From positions 319,277-383,276 of the forward strand of contig JBAZKU010000001.1 of the NCBI GenBank assembly GCA_041650615.1: a DNA stretch of 64,000 nt. Direction: 5' to 3'. The DNA is from Minisyncoccota bacterium. GTDB lineage: Bacteria; Patescibacteriota; Minisyncoccia; Phycocordibacterales; UBA9973. The notes under the pieces were generated by a model. The model ran no database searches. It was not told where the DNA came from and was given only the letters and a program-made list of their open reading frames with translations. The translations under genes were made by a program, and so were the position numbers. Below are positions 52,925 to 61,419 of the stretch, piece after piece (within the stretch, counting starts at the first letter, position 1; every line of letters starts with the position of its first letter).

Positions 52925-54181
52925 ATGAATAAAATTATATTAAAACAACTAAATAATGCAAAAAAAGTTTCAGCATCATTTGGTCTTTTGCCGCACGTTA
53001 AAAGAATTTTAATTCTAAAAAATCTAGCAAAAGAGTTGCGTAAAAATAAAAAATTGATTGTTCAAGCTAATCTGAAAGATCTAAAAAAAATTCCTCAAAA
53101 TAATCCAATGCGCGACCGTCTTCTTTTGAATAATACGCGCATTGAAGGAATGGCAAAAGAAATTGAAAGTTTGATAAAAATGCCAGACCCTGTCGGCAAA
53201 ATTTTTGACTGTCGAAATAGACTTGGACTAAAAATCTGCCGAAAAAAAATACCCATTGGTGTAATTGGAGTCATCTATGAATCACGACCAAATGTAACAA
53301 CTGATGTTGCTGGTATATGTATAAAATCCGGCAATGCGGTACTTTTGAAGGGCGGCGATGAAGCTAGAGAAAGTTATATTGCACTTCATAAAATTATAAG
53401 AAGGGCTTTAGTTTTATCAAAAGTTAGTCCTGAAATGGTTCAATTTATTGATCCCAAAATAAAAAGTTCCGTTTTGGATATAATTTCCGCCAATAATTTT
53501 GTTGATATTGTTATCCCCCGCGGAGGTTCGGGCCTTATAAATTTCGTTAGAAAAAATGCTACCGTGCCGGTAATCGAAACCGGAGCTGGCGTTTGTCACA
53601 CATATGTGGATGAAGAAACAAAACTGGATTTATCCGCTAAAATTATTTTCAATGCCAAAACTCAGCGCCCGAGCGTATGTAATGCGCTAGATACTGCCCT
53701 TATACATAGAAAAATTGCCAAAGAAATTTTGCCTAAAATAGCCAAGCTTCTAGTGAAAAAAAATGTTGAAATTTTTGCGGATACGGAAAGCTTTAAGATT
53801 TTGAAAAGTGCTTATCCAAAAAATCTTTTAAGAATAGCTACGGCATCTGATTTTGGCCGCGAATTTTTAAGCCAGAAAATGTCTATAAAAATAGTTTCGA
53901 ATATTGGTGAAGCGATAAAATTTATCAATGAGTATTCTTCAAAACATTCCGAAGCGATTCTCACCGAAAATAAAAAAAATGCCGACAAGTTTTTAAAAGA
54001 AATAGACGCGGCAGTTGTTTATGTAAATGCTTCCACTAGATTTTCGGATGGCGCCGTTTTTGGACTTGGTTCCGAAATCGGCATTTCTACCGATAAAATT
54101 CATGCTCGCGGCCCAATGGGACCAAATGAAATGACAACTTATAAATGGGTTGTTTCCGGAAAATATAACACTCGCAAATAA
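52925..54181 (+). CDS. proA: Gamma-glutamyl phosphate reductase (ProA)
   Basis: Aldehyde dehydrogenase-family motifs (VIYESRPNVTTD...CIKSGNAVLLKGG; catalytic Cys in PSVCNALDT). Confidence 0.92.
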   Translation: MNKIILKQLNNAKKVSASFGLLPHVKRILILKNLAKELRKNKKLIVQANLKDLKKIPQNNPMRDRLLLNNTRIEGMAKEIESLIKMPDPVGKIFDCRNRLGLKICRKKIPIGVIGVIYESRPNVTTDVAGICIKSGNAVLLKGGDEARESYIALHKIIRRALVLSKVSPEMVQFIDPKIKSSVLDIISANNFVDIVIPRGGSGLINFVRKNATVPVIETGAGVCHTYVDEETKLDLSAKIIFNAKTQRPSVCNALDTALIHRKIAKEILPKIAKLLVKKNVEIFADTESFKILKSAYPKNLLRIATASDFGREFLSQKMSIKIVSNIGEAIKFINEYSSKHSEAILTENKKNADKFLKEIDAAVVYVNASTRFSDGAVFGLGSEIGISTDKIHARGPMGPNEMTTYKWVVSGKYNTRK

Positions 54182-54207
54182 AAAGACTGCTTTACGGGGC
54201 AGTCTTT
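54182..54207 (+). terminator. Rho-independent terminator after proA
   Basis: AAGACTGC-tttacggg-GCAGTCTT followed by TTTT. Confidence 0.6.
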
Positions 54208-54480
54208 TAAAATTATAAAAAATTTTTAATTTACTTTTTCGTCCTCTTCACTTGGTTTAATAAAAAACAACAAGTGTAATGAATACCAAACCGGCATTGA
54301 CAACGCAGTCTTAATAACAAAACCGGCTATCGTTATTATATTGTTCGGATCCATTTTTTGTTTCCTTTCTCTGTTTTAGTTTGTGATTTTTATTTTTAAT
54401 AACAATCTTTCACCAACATACTCCTAAAAACACTATTTGTCAAGAGAGAGATATTTTATAATTTTTGTTATATTAAAGAG

Positions 54481-55668
54481 ATGAAATATTGCAAAGACTG
54501 TGAACCGGCGCAGGAGATACACTGGATAGCATATTTATCTGTAGTGATGAGTTATATAGGTGAGCCTTTTTTTGATTTAATGGAAATGCTTTTCAAAAAC
54601 ACAGCCGAAGCTATCTCTAATAAATCTTCCATCCCCTTTTTAAAAACGATGGTCTTTTTGGGATTTGCGCATTTTTCTAAACACCCAGACAGTAAAGATA
54701 CTTTACGCACAAAATGTTTTTGGGAAGAAGCGGAAAGACGCGGAATAAAAATGGTTGAATTCCATATGGGTCCGATAAGAGACGCTTTTATCGCGGAATA
54801 CAAAGGAAAAAGGATAACTTTTGACGGCTTGCCTCGTCCGGAATCATTGGAATCCGATTCGTTGAAATGGATGGATAATAAAGGAATTATGAAAATAAAA
54901 TTTTTAAAAGAAGGCTTGCCAGTAGCAAAAGGCGGAACAGCTTTCACAAAAAGAAAAGCGCTTGAAATTTTCAATAGCATTAAAAAACCTGTTATAACAA
55001 AACCAAATTTGGGTTCTCGCTCTCGTCATACTCTCATCCATATAGATACCGAAGAAAAACTTGTTTATGGATTTAAAAAAGCTAAAAAACTTTCTCCTTT
55101 AGTAGTAGTAGAAGAAGAGTTGAGAGGCTATCTTTTCCGAGCCACTTTGGTAGGAGGTAAATTAGTAGGTGTTGTAAGACGTGATCAACCGGAAGTCACT
55201 GGAGACGGAATACATACGCTTAAAGAATTAATGGAGGAAGAAAATAAAAGACCGGAACGCAATGGACCAATTTTTCATAAAATTATTATTGATCCGGATG
55301 CGGAGATAGAACTTAAGCGAGAAGGAATTGGAATGAATGATATTCCAAAGAAAGGAAGAATAGTGACTTTTTCCCAAAAAACCAGCCGTGGTATCGGCGG
55401 AACTACTACCGAAGTGACGGATATTATTCATCCAGAAAATATAAAAATGTTAGAAAAGTTAGGAGCCTATTTGAAAGACCCGCTGGTAGGGGTAGATTTT
55501 ATAATAGAAAATATAGCTGAGCCATGGTATACCGAACAGCATTGCGGAATAATTGAATGCAATAGTCTACCTTTTATAGACTTGCATCATTATCCCCTAT
55601 TTGGAAAACCAAACAACGTTGCGGGAAAACTTTGGGACTTGGTCATGCCGGAATCTAAAATAAATTAA
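54481..55668 (+). CDS. ATP-grasp domain protein (RimK/cyanophycin-synthetase-like ligase)
   Basis: PVITKPNLGSRSRHTLI (ATP-grasp B-loop-like), ...GVDFIIEN...IIECNSLP C-terminal ATP-grasp motif; precise substrate unknown. Confidence 0.6.
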   Translation: MKYCKDCEPAQEIHWIAYLSVVMSYIGEPFFDLMEMLFKNTAEAISNKSSIPFLKTMVFLGFAHFSKHPDSKDTLRTKCFWEEAERRGIKMVEFHMGPIRDAFIAEYKGKRITFDGLPRPESLESDSLKWMDNKGIMKIKFLKEGLPVAKGGTAFTKRKALEIFNSIKKPVITKPNLGSRSRHTLIHIDTEEKLVYGFKKAKKLSPLVVVEEELRGYLFRATLVGGKLVGVVRRDQPEVTGDGIHTLKELMEEENKRPERNGPIFHKIIIDPDAEIELKREGIGMNDIPKKGRIVTFSQKTSRGIGGTTTEVTDIIHPENIKMLEKLGAYLKDPLVGVDFIIENIAEPWYTEQHCGIIECNSLPFIDLHHYPLFGKPNNVAGKLWDLVMPESKIN

Positions 55669-55674
55669 TTATAA

Positions 55675-55772
55675 AAAACTAAAATAATACTTTTTTCGGC
55701 ATACGCAATATTAAATTCATGAACCATTGTCAGGTTCGAGTGCGAGCCGTGAAAAAGTATTATTTTAGTTTT
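55675..55772. repeat. Perfect 21-bp inverted repeat (AAAACTAAAATAATACTTTTT / AAAAAGTATTATTTTAGTTTT) with 56-nt structured spacer between convergent genes
   Basis: Arms at 55675-55695 and 55752-55772; right arm overlaps the stop of CDS 55765..56265; MITE-like or complex bidirectional terminator. Confidence 0.5.
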
Positions 55773-56265
55773 TTATTTTCTCTATGGTAATTTCTGATTT
55801 TGGGTCAAAAGCATCGGGGTCCATTTTGAGGTGAGAAATATATTTTTCTTGAACAACAAAATCGCCTAAGAATTTTAAAAAATCCTCTCTTTTACTTGTT
55901 TCTCCTTTTTCTTCCAAATGTTCAAGCGGATGTGCTTCCGGGGTGTATTCAAAATGTCCGCGAACTTCTCCATCTTTATAAACCCGTAAGTGATATTGAT
56001 CTTGAAAGTCTGCCAGCTTTCTCCAACTCAAAACCTGATCCTGATCTACCCAAGCAATAAAATGATTACCAAAACCCCATTCATTATAAAGATGTTCTTT
56101 TAAGCTTTCCAAGGTTTTGCCGGGGGCTAACCATCCAATATGATATTTCTGTCTCCCCTTTTTGTGCCAAATAATTCCAATCCTAAAAAGAAATTTACGA
56201 GCCGGTAAGAAAAAACTATATACAAAGTCCCAGGTTTTTTGTTTTATTTTATCAAAAAAAGTCAT
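55765..56265 (-). CDS. Hypothetical protein
   Basis: 166 aa ORF, Trp/His-rich, no recognisable motif. Confidence 0.35.
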   Translation of the reverse strand: MTFFDKIKQKTWDFVYSFFLPARKFLFRIGIIWHKKGRQKYHIGWLAPGKTLESLKEHLYNEWGFGNHFIAWVDQDQVLSWRKLADFQDQYHLRVYKDGEVRGHFEYTPEAHPLEHLEEKGETSKREDFLKFLGDFVVQEKYISHLKMDPDAFDPKSEITIEKIKN

Positions 56266-56369
56266 GAAATTATGATACCATATATTTTAAACTGACAGAA
56301 TAGATAAAAAATATATACCCTATAGTAGAATTTTTTGCAAAAAATTTCACTACGGGGTATACTGAAACA

Positions 56370-57116
56370 ATGGAAACGCAAAATGAATCAAGTAAATTAT
56401 CAATGTCAGTAGCTATTATCATAGTAGGGGGGTTAATCGCTGGAGCAATATATTTTTCTTCCTCTGCTAAACCATCGGATATAATTGCACCGAAAGGTAA
56501 TGGAATTCCAGTAACAACCTTGGCTCCCGTTGGAGAAGAAGATAGGACACTCGGTAATCCAAAAGCAAAAGTTACTCTCATAATGTATGAAGATTTTCAA
56601 TGTATTTTCTGTGGAGCAATTGCCGGTTCACAACCAAACCTAATCCAATCTTTAAAACAAAGAGATCCAAATTGGACCCCTTTTATATCTGAGGTTATTA
56701 ATAATTATGTAAAAAATGGGGATGTATTGTTTGTTTATAGGGACTGGGCATTTTTGGGACCAGAGTCAATTAGAGCGGCCGAAGCGGCAAGATGCGCCGG
56801 AGATCAAGGAAAATTTTGGGAATATCATGATTATCTTTATTCTCACCAAAATGGAGAAAATCAGGGAGACTTTTCTGATTCTAATTTAAAATCTTTCGCT
56901 GAAAATCTTGGTTTGGATATTATTGTTTTCAATCAATGTCTTGATGAAAATAAATATGCGCAAGCAGTCTCAGACTCTAGGGATGAAGGAACCGCTGCTG
57001 GGGTGAACGGAACACCAAAAGGATTTATTTTAAGAGATGACAAAATTGTCAGCACTATTGATGGAGCAGAATCATTTGCAACAGTAAAACAAAAGATTGA
57101 AACTGCTCTCAAATAG
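56370..57116 (+). CDS. DsbA-like thiol:disulfide oxidoreductase with N-terminal membrane anchor
   Basis: Thioredoxin-fold CxxC (FQCIFCGAI) and C-terminal GVNGTPKGFI typical of DsbA family. Confidence 0.7.
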   Translation: METQNESSKLSMSVAIIIVGGLIAGAIYFSSSAKPSDIIAPKGNGIPVTTLAPVGEEDRTLGNPKAKVTLIMYEDFQCIFCGAIAGSQPNLIQSLKQRDPNWTPFISEVINNYVKNGDVLFVYRDWAFLGPESIRAAEAARCAGDQGKFWEYHDYLYSHQNGENQGDFSDSNLKSFAENLGLDIIVFNQCLDENKYAQAVSDSRDEGTAAGVNGTPKGFILRDDKIVSTIDGAESFATVKQKIETALK

Positions 57117-57118
57117 TT

Positions 57119-57736
57119 ATGGACTCTATATTTAATTTGGATTTACCGATATTAATAAAAACTATTGGTTATTTGGGGGTCTTTTTTATTATCTTTGCCG
57201 AATCCGGATTGTTCTTTGGATTTTTTCTACCCGGAGACTCTTTATTATTTACCGCCGGGTTGCTCGCATCGCAGGGATATTTTGATATCATTATATTAAT
57301 TTTACTCACCACCTTAGGTGCTATCCTTGGCGACCAAATCGGGTATTTATTCGGTAAAAAGGTAGGACAAAAAATTTTCACCCACGATGAGTCTTTTTTT
57401 TTCAAGAAAAAATATATTTCCGATGCAGAAACTTTTTACCAAAAATATGGCAAAAAAACCATTGTCCTTGCCCGCTTTGTCCCTATCGTTCGCACTTTTG
57501 TTCCTATTTTAGCCGGGGTAGGAAATATGCACTACCAAACTTTCGTTTCTTATAATATTGTTGGGGGGGTATTATGGGGGTTGGGTATTCCCCTATTGGG
57601 ATATTTTTTGGGTCAAAAAATTCCAAACGCAGATGTTTATTTATTACCAATAATATTATTAATCATAATTGTTTCCATTCTACCAGGAATTTTTTCTTTT
57701 ATTTGTGGTAAAATAAAGAAATGTATGAGGCAATAA
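57119..57736 (+). CDS. DedA-family membrane protein
   Basis: LPGDSLLFTAGLLAS ... ARFVPIVRTFVPILAGV DedA signature. Confidence 0.85.
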   Translation: MDSIFNLDLPILIKTIGYLGVFFIIFAESGLFFGFFLPGDSLLFTAGLLASQGYFDIIILILLTTLGAILGDQIGYLFGKKVGQKIFTHDESFFFKKKYISDAETFYQKYGKKTIVLARFVPIVRTFVPILAGVGNMHYQTFVSYNIVGGVLWGLGIPLLGYFLGQKIPNADVYLLPIILLIIIVSILPGIFSFICGKIKKCMRQ

Positions 57737-58692
57737 AAAATTTTAATAAACAGTTTTTATTTGAACCTGAAATCAAAAATCGGGAAAATCTGATAAAAAA
57801 ATCCGGTTTTGTTGTTGTGGGAATGGGGGGATCTGCTCTTGCTGTATTATTGTTAAAAACTTGGAAACCTAAACTTGATATCATAGTTCATCGTGATTAT
57901 GGTCTGCCAGAGCTTCCGGCGAGAGAATTAAAAGATAAACTTATTATATTAAGTTCTTATTCTGGTAACACGGAAGAAACAATAGATGCTTTTAGAATAG
58001 CGAAGGAAAATGGGTTGAAAATTGCTGTAATTGCGACTGGCGGCGAATTACTCAAGTTAGCCAAAGAAAATAATGTTCCTTATATAGAATTGCCTAATAC
58101 CGGCATTCAACCTAGATCAGCTCTTGTTTTCTCTATTAAAGCATTTCTGAAATTAATCGGGGAAGAAGATACGCTCAAAGAAATTAGTAAATTAGCTGAA
58201 GATCTTAATCCGATTGATTACGAAAAGAATGGAAAATTGTTAGCCCAAAAATTGAAAAGCTATATTCCCGTTATTTATTCTTCAAATCGTAATTCGTCTC
58301 TTGTATACAATTGGAAAATAAAACTAAATGAAACTGCTAAAATCCCGGCCTTTTATAATATTTTTCCTGAATTAAATCACAATGAAATGACCGGTTTTGA
58401 TATAAAAGATCCTACAAAAGAATTAATAAATAAATTTTATTTCATTATTTTAAAAGATAAAGAAGATAATCAAAAAATTTTAAAAAGAATGGAAATGCTG
58501 GAAAAATTATATAAGGCTCGCAGTTTACAGGTGGAAACAATAGAGCTCAAGGGAAAAAACATTTGGTATAAAATCTTCTCTTCGCTTATTTTAGCTGACT
58601 GGGTAGCTTATTACACCGCTATGGAATACAAGCAAGATCCGGAACAAGTACCAATGGTTGAAGAATTTAAAAAACTCATTTCACCTCACTGA
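57721..58692 (+). CDS. SIS-domain bifunctional phosphoglucose/phosphomannose isomerase family protein
   Basis: Two SIS-like halves (VVVGMGGSALA...; SYSGNTEETIDAFRIAKENGLKIAVIATGG) matching the archaeal-type PGI/PMI family. Confidence 0.7.
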   Translation: MYEAIKNFNKQFLFEPEIKNRENLIKKSGFVVVGMGGSALAVLLLKTWKPKLDIIVHRDYGLPELPARELKDKLIILSSYSGNTEETIDAFRIAKENGLKIAVIATGGELLKLAKENNVPYIELPNTGIQPRSALVFSIKAFLKLIGEEDTLKEISKLAEDLNPIDYEKNGKLLAQKLKSYIPVIYSSNRNSSLVYNWKIKLNETAKIPAFYNIFPELNHNEMTGFDIKDPTKELINKFYFIILKDKEDNQKILKRMEMLEKLYKARSLQVETIELKGKNIWYKIFSSLILADWVAYYTAMEYKQDPEQVPMVEEFKKLISPH

Positions 58693-61383
58693 TTCATTCA
58701 TCTTCGCTTTCGTCTTGTTCCCCACTAGGCCATCAGCTACCAAACCGTTATCTTTCTGCCATTTCTTCACCACCGCAACAGTTTTAGGACCTAATTTGCC
58801 ATCAACCACTAAACCAAGATTCAAGGCTTGATTCAGGAATCTTTGCAATTCTTTCACTGCTTCACCTTTGCTGCCATTCTTTAAGGTAGAGGTACCGAAG
58901 TTGTAAGCCGAAGGTCCTGAACTTGTTGAAGGAGTAGAAGAAGTTGCACTAGCAGTTGTATTAGTCGAGATTGAAGCTGAACTTGCTGTAACCGTATTGC
59001 CTATGCAAGATTGACCGGTAGTAATGCTAAAACCGGTATTTCTATTGTCACAACCTGGAATAGTAGTAGTGGTAGAAGTGGTAACGTTCCCGGCACAAGC
59101 TTGACCGGTGGTGGTGCTGAAACCACTTGTCCTATTATCACAACCTGGAACGGTAGTTGTATTAGTTAAAGTAGTAGTGGTGATATTAGTAATTGGATTG
59201 GTAAAGACTGTAGTGACAGTAGAACTTCCTCCTCCTCCACCACCTCCTCCTCCAGCAGGAGGAACAGTGGTAGCGACAGTATTGGAAACGGTCACTGAAA
59301 GAGCGGTGGAAGTGGTACTGTTCCCAGCTGCATCTCTAGCTACAGCTGTTAAAGAATGAGCACCATTGTTTGAAGCAGTGGTATTCCAAGTGATTGAATA
59401 TGGAGAAGTAAAATCTTCCTCTCCCAGATTAGTTCCATCCAGTTTGAATTGCACTCCGATTACTCCCACATTATCAGAAGCAGTAGCAGAAATAGTTACA
59501 TTACCAGAGACCGAAGCACTGGCTGTTGGAGCGGTGATGGAAATGGTGGGGGAGGTGGTGTCGGAGACAGGAGGTGGAGCGACCACAAATTCAGACTCAT
59601 AAGCACCTATATCAGGAGAGGTTCCATTGTAAAGGAAACTTACTCCTTCTCCATCAGTCCATTGGATTGATTGATTAAGAGTTATCGTATTGCTGTCATA
59701 GTTCACATTGGTAATTCTAAGAGAAGAATCATTGCCCACTTTTATTAAATCTCCTTCAGCAATTCCAAAACCATCTGTAAAATAACTTGCATCGTTTACC
59801 GCGATAGTTGTTCCATTACCGCTACCAATAGTTGTGGCTAAGAAGGCACCAGCATCAACTGCTGGACTTCCCGACTGAAGATGATAATCGGAGGTAAATA
59901 AAGGATTTTGTTCCAGGCTGTAAGTATCCTTGCCACTGGCTGTAATATATTGGGCTAAAGATAAAGAAGAGCCTAGATATTTAATTGCAACCGGTCGGGT
60001 ATTGTAAAACAATTCATTGTCCGAGGTATAATCGGTGCATTCTACTCCAAAATCTTTTGATGAACTTGTATTGGAGAAAATATTGTTTTTAAGATGAAAT
60101 CCGGTTGAGGGACTATAATAATTCGGCTGGTTATACATCGTGGTCAAACATATACTCATATCCGGCCATGAACTGCTTGCACTACCATTATAATTACTAA
60201 GTGTATTGTGAGCCACAGCTACGTCATGAGAATTTCCATAAATACTCATTCCTTTTGAATTATATAAATTTTCAAAATTATTATTGACAACAATGTTGTT
60301 TCTTAATATCACCCTTCTGCTTATACCAACTAATATACCTGTATCATTACCTGCGGTGTAATTATTTTTTACCACAACATTTATTGAATTATCAACCCAG
60401 ATTCCCGTCTCCCCATGAAAAATTTTAGCGTTGTTTTCACTACGATTCCCTTCCACTACAGCTTTGTCTGTTATATCTTCCAACTGTATCCCTGTCGCAC
60501 CGTTATCATGTGTATAGTTATCCTTAATTAAGATACCTGAAACACCACCCGTCCGTATGCCTTGGCATGCATTATCATATATTTCATTCCCTATAACTGT
60601 TATCCTCTTCGCCCAATAAGTTTGGTCTTCGTTGCCAGTGGGAGTACCACCTGAAAAGGTACTATAATCATACGATACCTCAATACCATGGGTGAAGTCG
60701 GTGCCAGAATATGTCCCTTCCACTTGTCTATTCGAATAGATAGTATTGTTCATGATTGTAGTATCATAAACACGGGAATTGATGAATATTCCATGACTTG
60801 TATTATTGTGTGATAAAGAATTTTTTATAGTGACATAGGATACAGGGTTTCCGTTATTTCCATCAGCACTAATGCCCAAGATATTACCATACGCTTCTAT
60901 CCCATCAATAATAATGTTTGATGAACCGTTGTAGATATATATACCGTATAGTTGATTTGTAACTTTAATACCTTTGAACTGCAAATATTGCTTGTTATTC
61001 ACTTGTATGCCATTCCATGGGTCAGCCCTACCATTACCGCTGATTATTACTGATTCATTATTATAATTCTGATATGTTATATAACTTGAAGAAGTTCCGG
61101 AACCTGCAGGGTAAATCTTTCCGGAATATGTTCCTCCCCTAATATTTATAATATCTCCCGGTGAAAAGGCAGGCATTACGCTAAAACTTTTATAAGCAGA
61201 ACCGTCTGAACCTGTACATGTTCTTGAAGCAATAGAATAGGTATTGGTACAATTATCTGAAAGCTGATTATCAACGTAATAGGTTGCTGCACTTGCTCCC
61301 CTGCCAAACAAAAAACTTCCTCCCAGAAAAATAGTGATAAAAAGTAGAGTTTTCAACAAATTTATCTTTTGTTTTTTAAGCAT
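58681..61383 (-). CDS. Secreted right-handed beta-helix (pectate-lyase-like fold) protein with Ig-like region, poly-Gly linker, Cys-motif repeats and C-terminal peptidoglycan-binding domain
   Basis: Signal peptide; repeated NNxI/YxN beta-helix rungs; PPAGGGGGGGGGSS; duplicated PGCDNR(T/N)(S/T)GFSxTTGQxC(A/I)GN; C-terminal PG_binding_1-like GSKGEAVKELQRFLNQALNLGLVVDGKLGPKT. Confidence 0.65.
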   Translation of the reverse strand: MLKKQKINLLKTLLFITIFLGGSFLFGRGASAATYYVDNQLSDNCTNTYSIASRTCTGSDGSAYKSFSVMPAFSPGDIINIRGGTYSGKIYPAGSGTSSSYITYQNYNNESVIISGNGRADPWNGIQVNNKQYLQFKGIKVTNQLYGIYIYNGSSNIIIDGIEAYGNILGISADGNNGNPVSYVTIKNSLSHNNTSHGIFINSRVYDTTIMNNTIYSNRQVEGTYSGTDFTHGIEVSYDYSTFSGGTPTGNEDQTYWAKRITVIGNEIYDNACQGIRTGGVSGILIKDNYTHDNGATGIQLEDITDKAVVEGNRSENNAKIFHGETGIWVDNSINVVVKNNYTAGNDTGILVGISRRVILRNNIVVNNNFENLYNSKGMSIYGNSHDVAVAHNTLSNYNGSASSSWPDMSICLTTMYNQPNYYSPSTGFHLKNNIFSNTSSSKDFGVECTDYTSDNELFYNTRPVAIKYLGSSLSLAQYITASGKDTYSLEQNPLFTSDYHLQSGSPAVDAGAFLATTIGSGNGTTIAVNDASYFTDGFGIAEGDLIKVGNDSSLRITNVNYDSNTITLNQSIQWTDGEGVSFLYNGTSPDIGAYESEFVVAPPPVSDTTSPTISITAPTASASVSGNVTISATASDNVGVIGVQFKLDGTNLGEEDFTSPYSITWNTTASNNGAHSLTAVARDAAGNSTTSTALSVTVSNTVATTVPPAGGGGGGGGGSSTVTTVFTNPITNITTTTLTNTTTVPGCDNRTSGFSTTTGQACAGNVTTSTTTTIPGCDNRNTGFSITTGQSCIGNTVTASSASISTNTTASATSSTPSTSSGPSAYNFGTSTLKNGSKGEAVKELQRFLNQALNLGLVVDGKLGPKTVAVVKKWQKDNGLVADGLVGNKTKAKMNESVR

Positions 61384-61419
61384 AAAACTTGTCTTTTTAG
61401 TATAACATACAGTTTAAAA

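Noticed and set aside
48984-54355. GGATCCAT (BamHI site + CAT) recurring at 48984 and 54348 ahead of short MDP-initiated ORFs
   Set aside because: Only 8-10 nt shared; likely coincidence.
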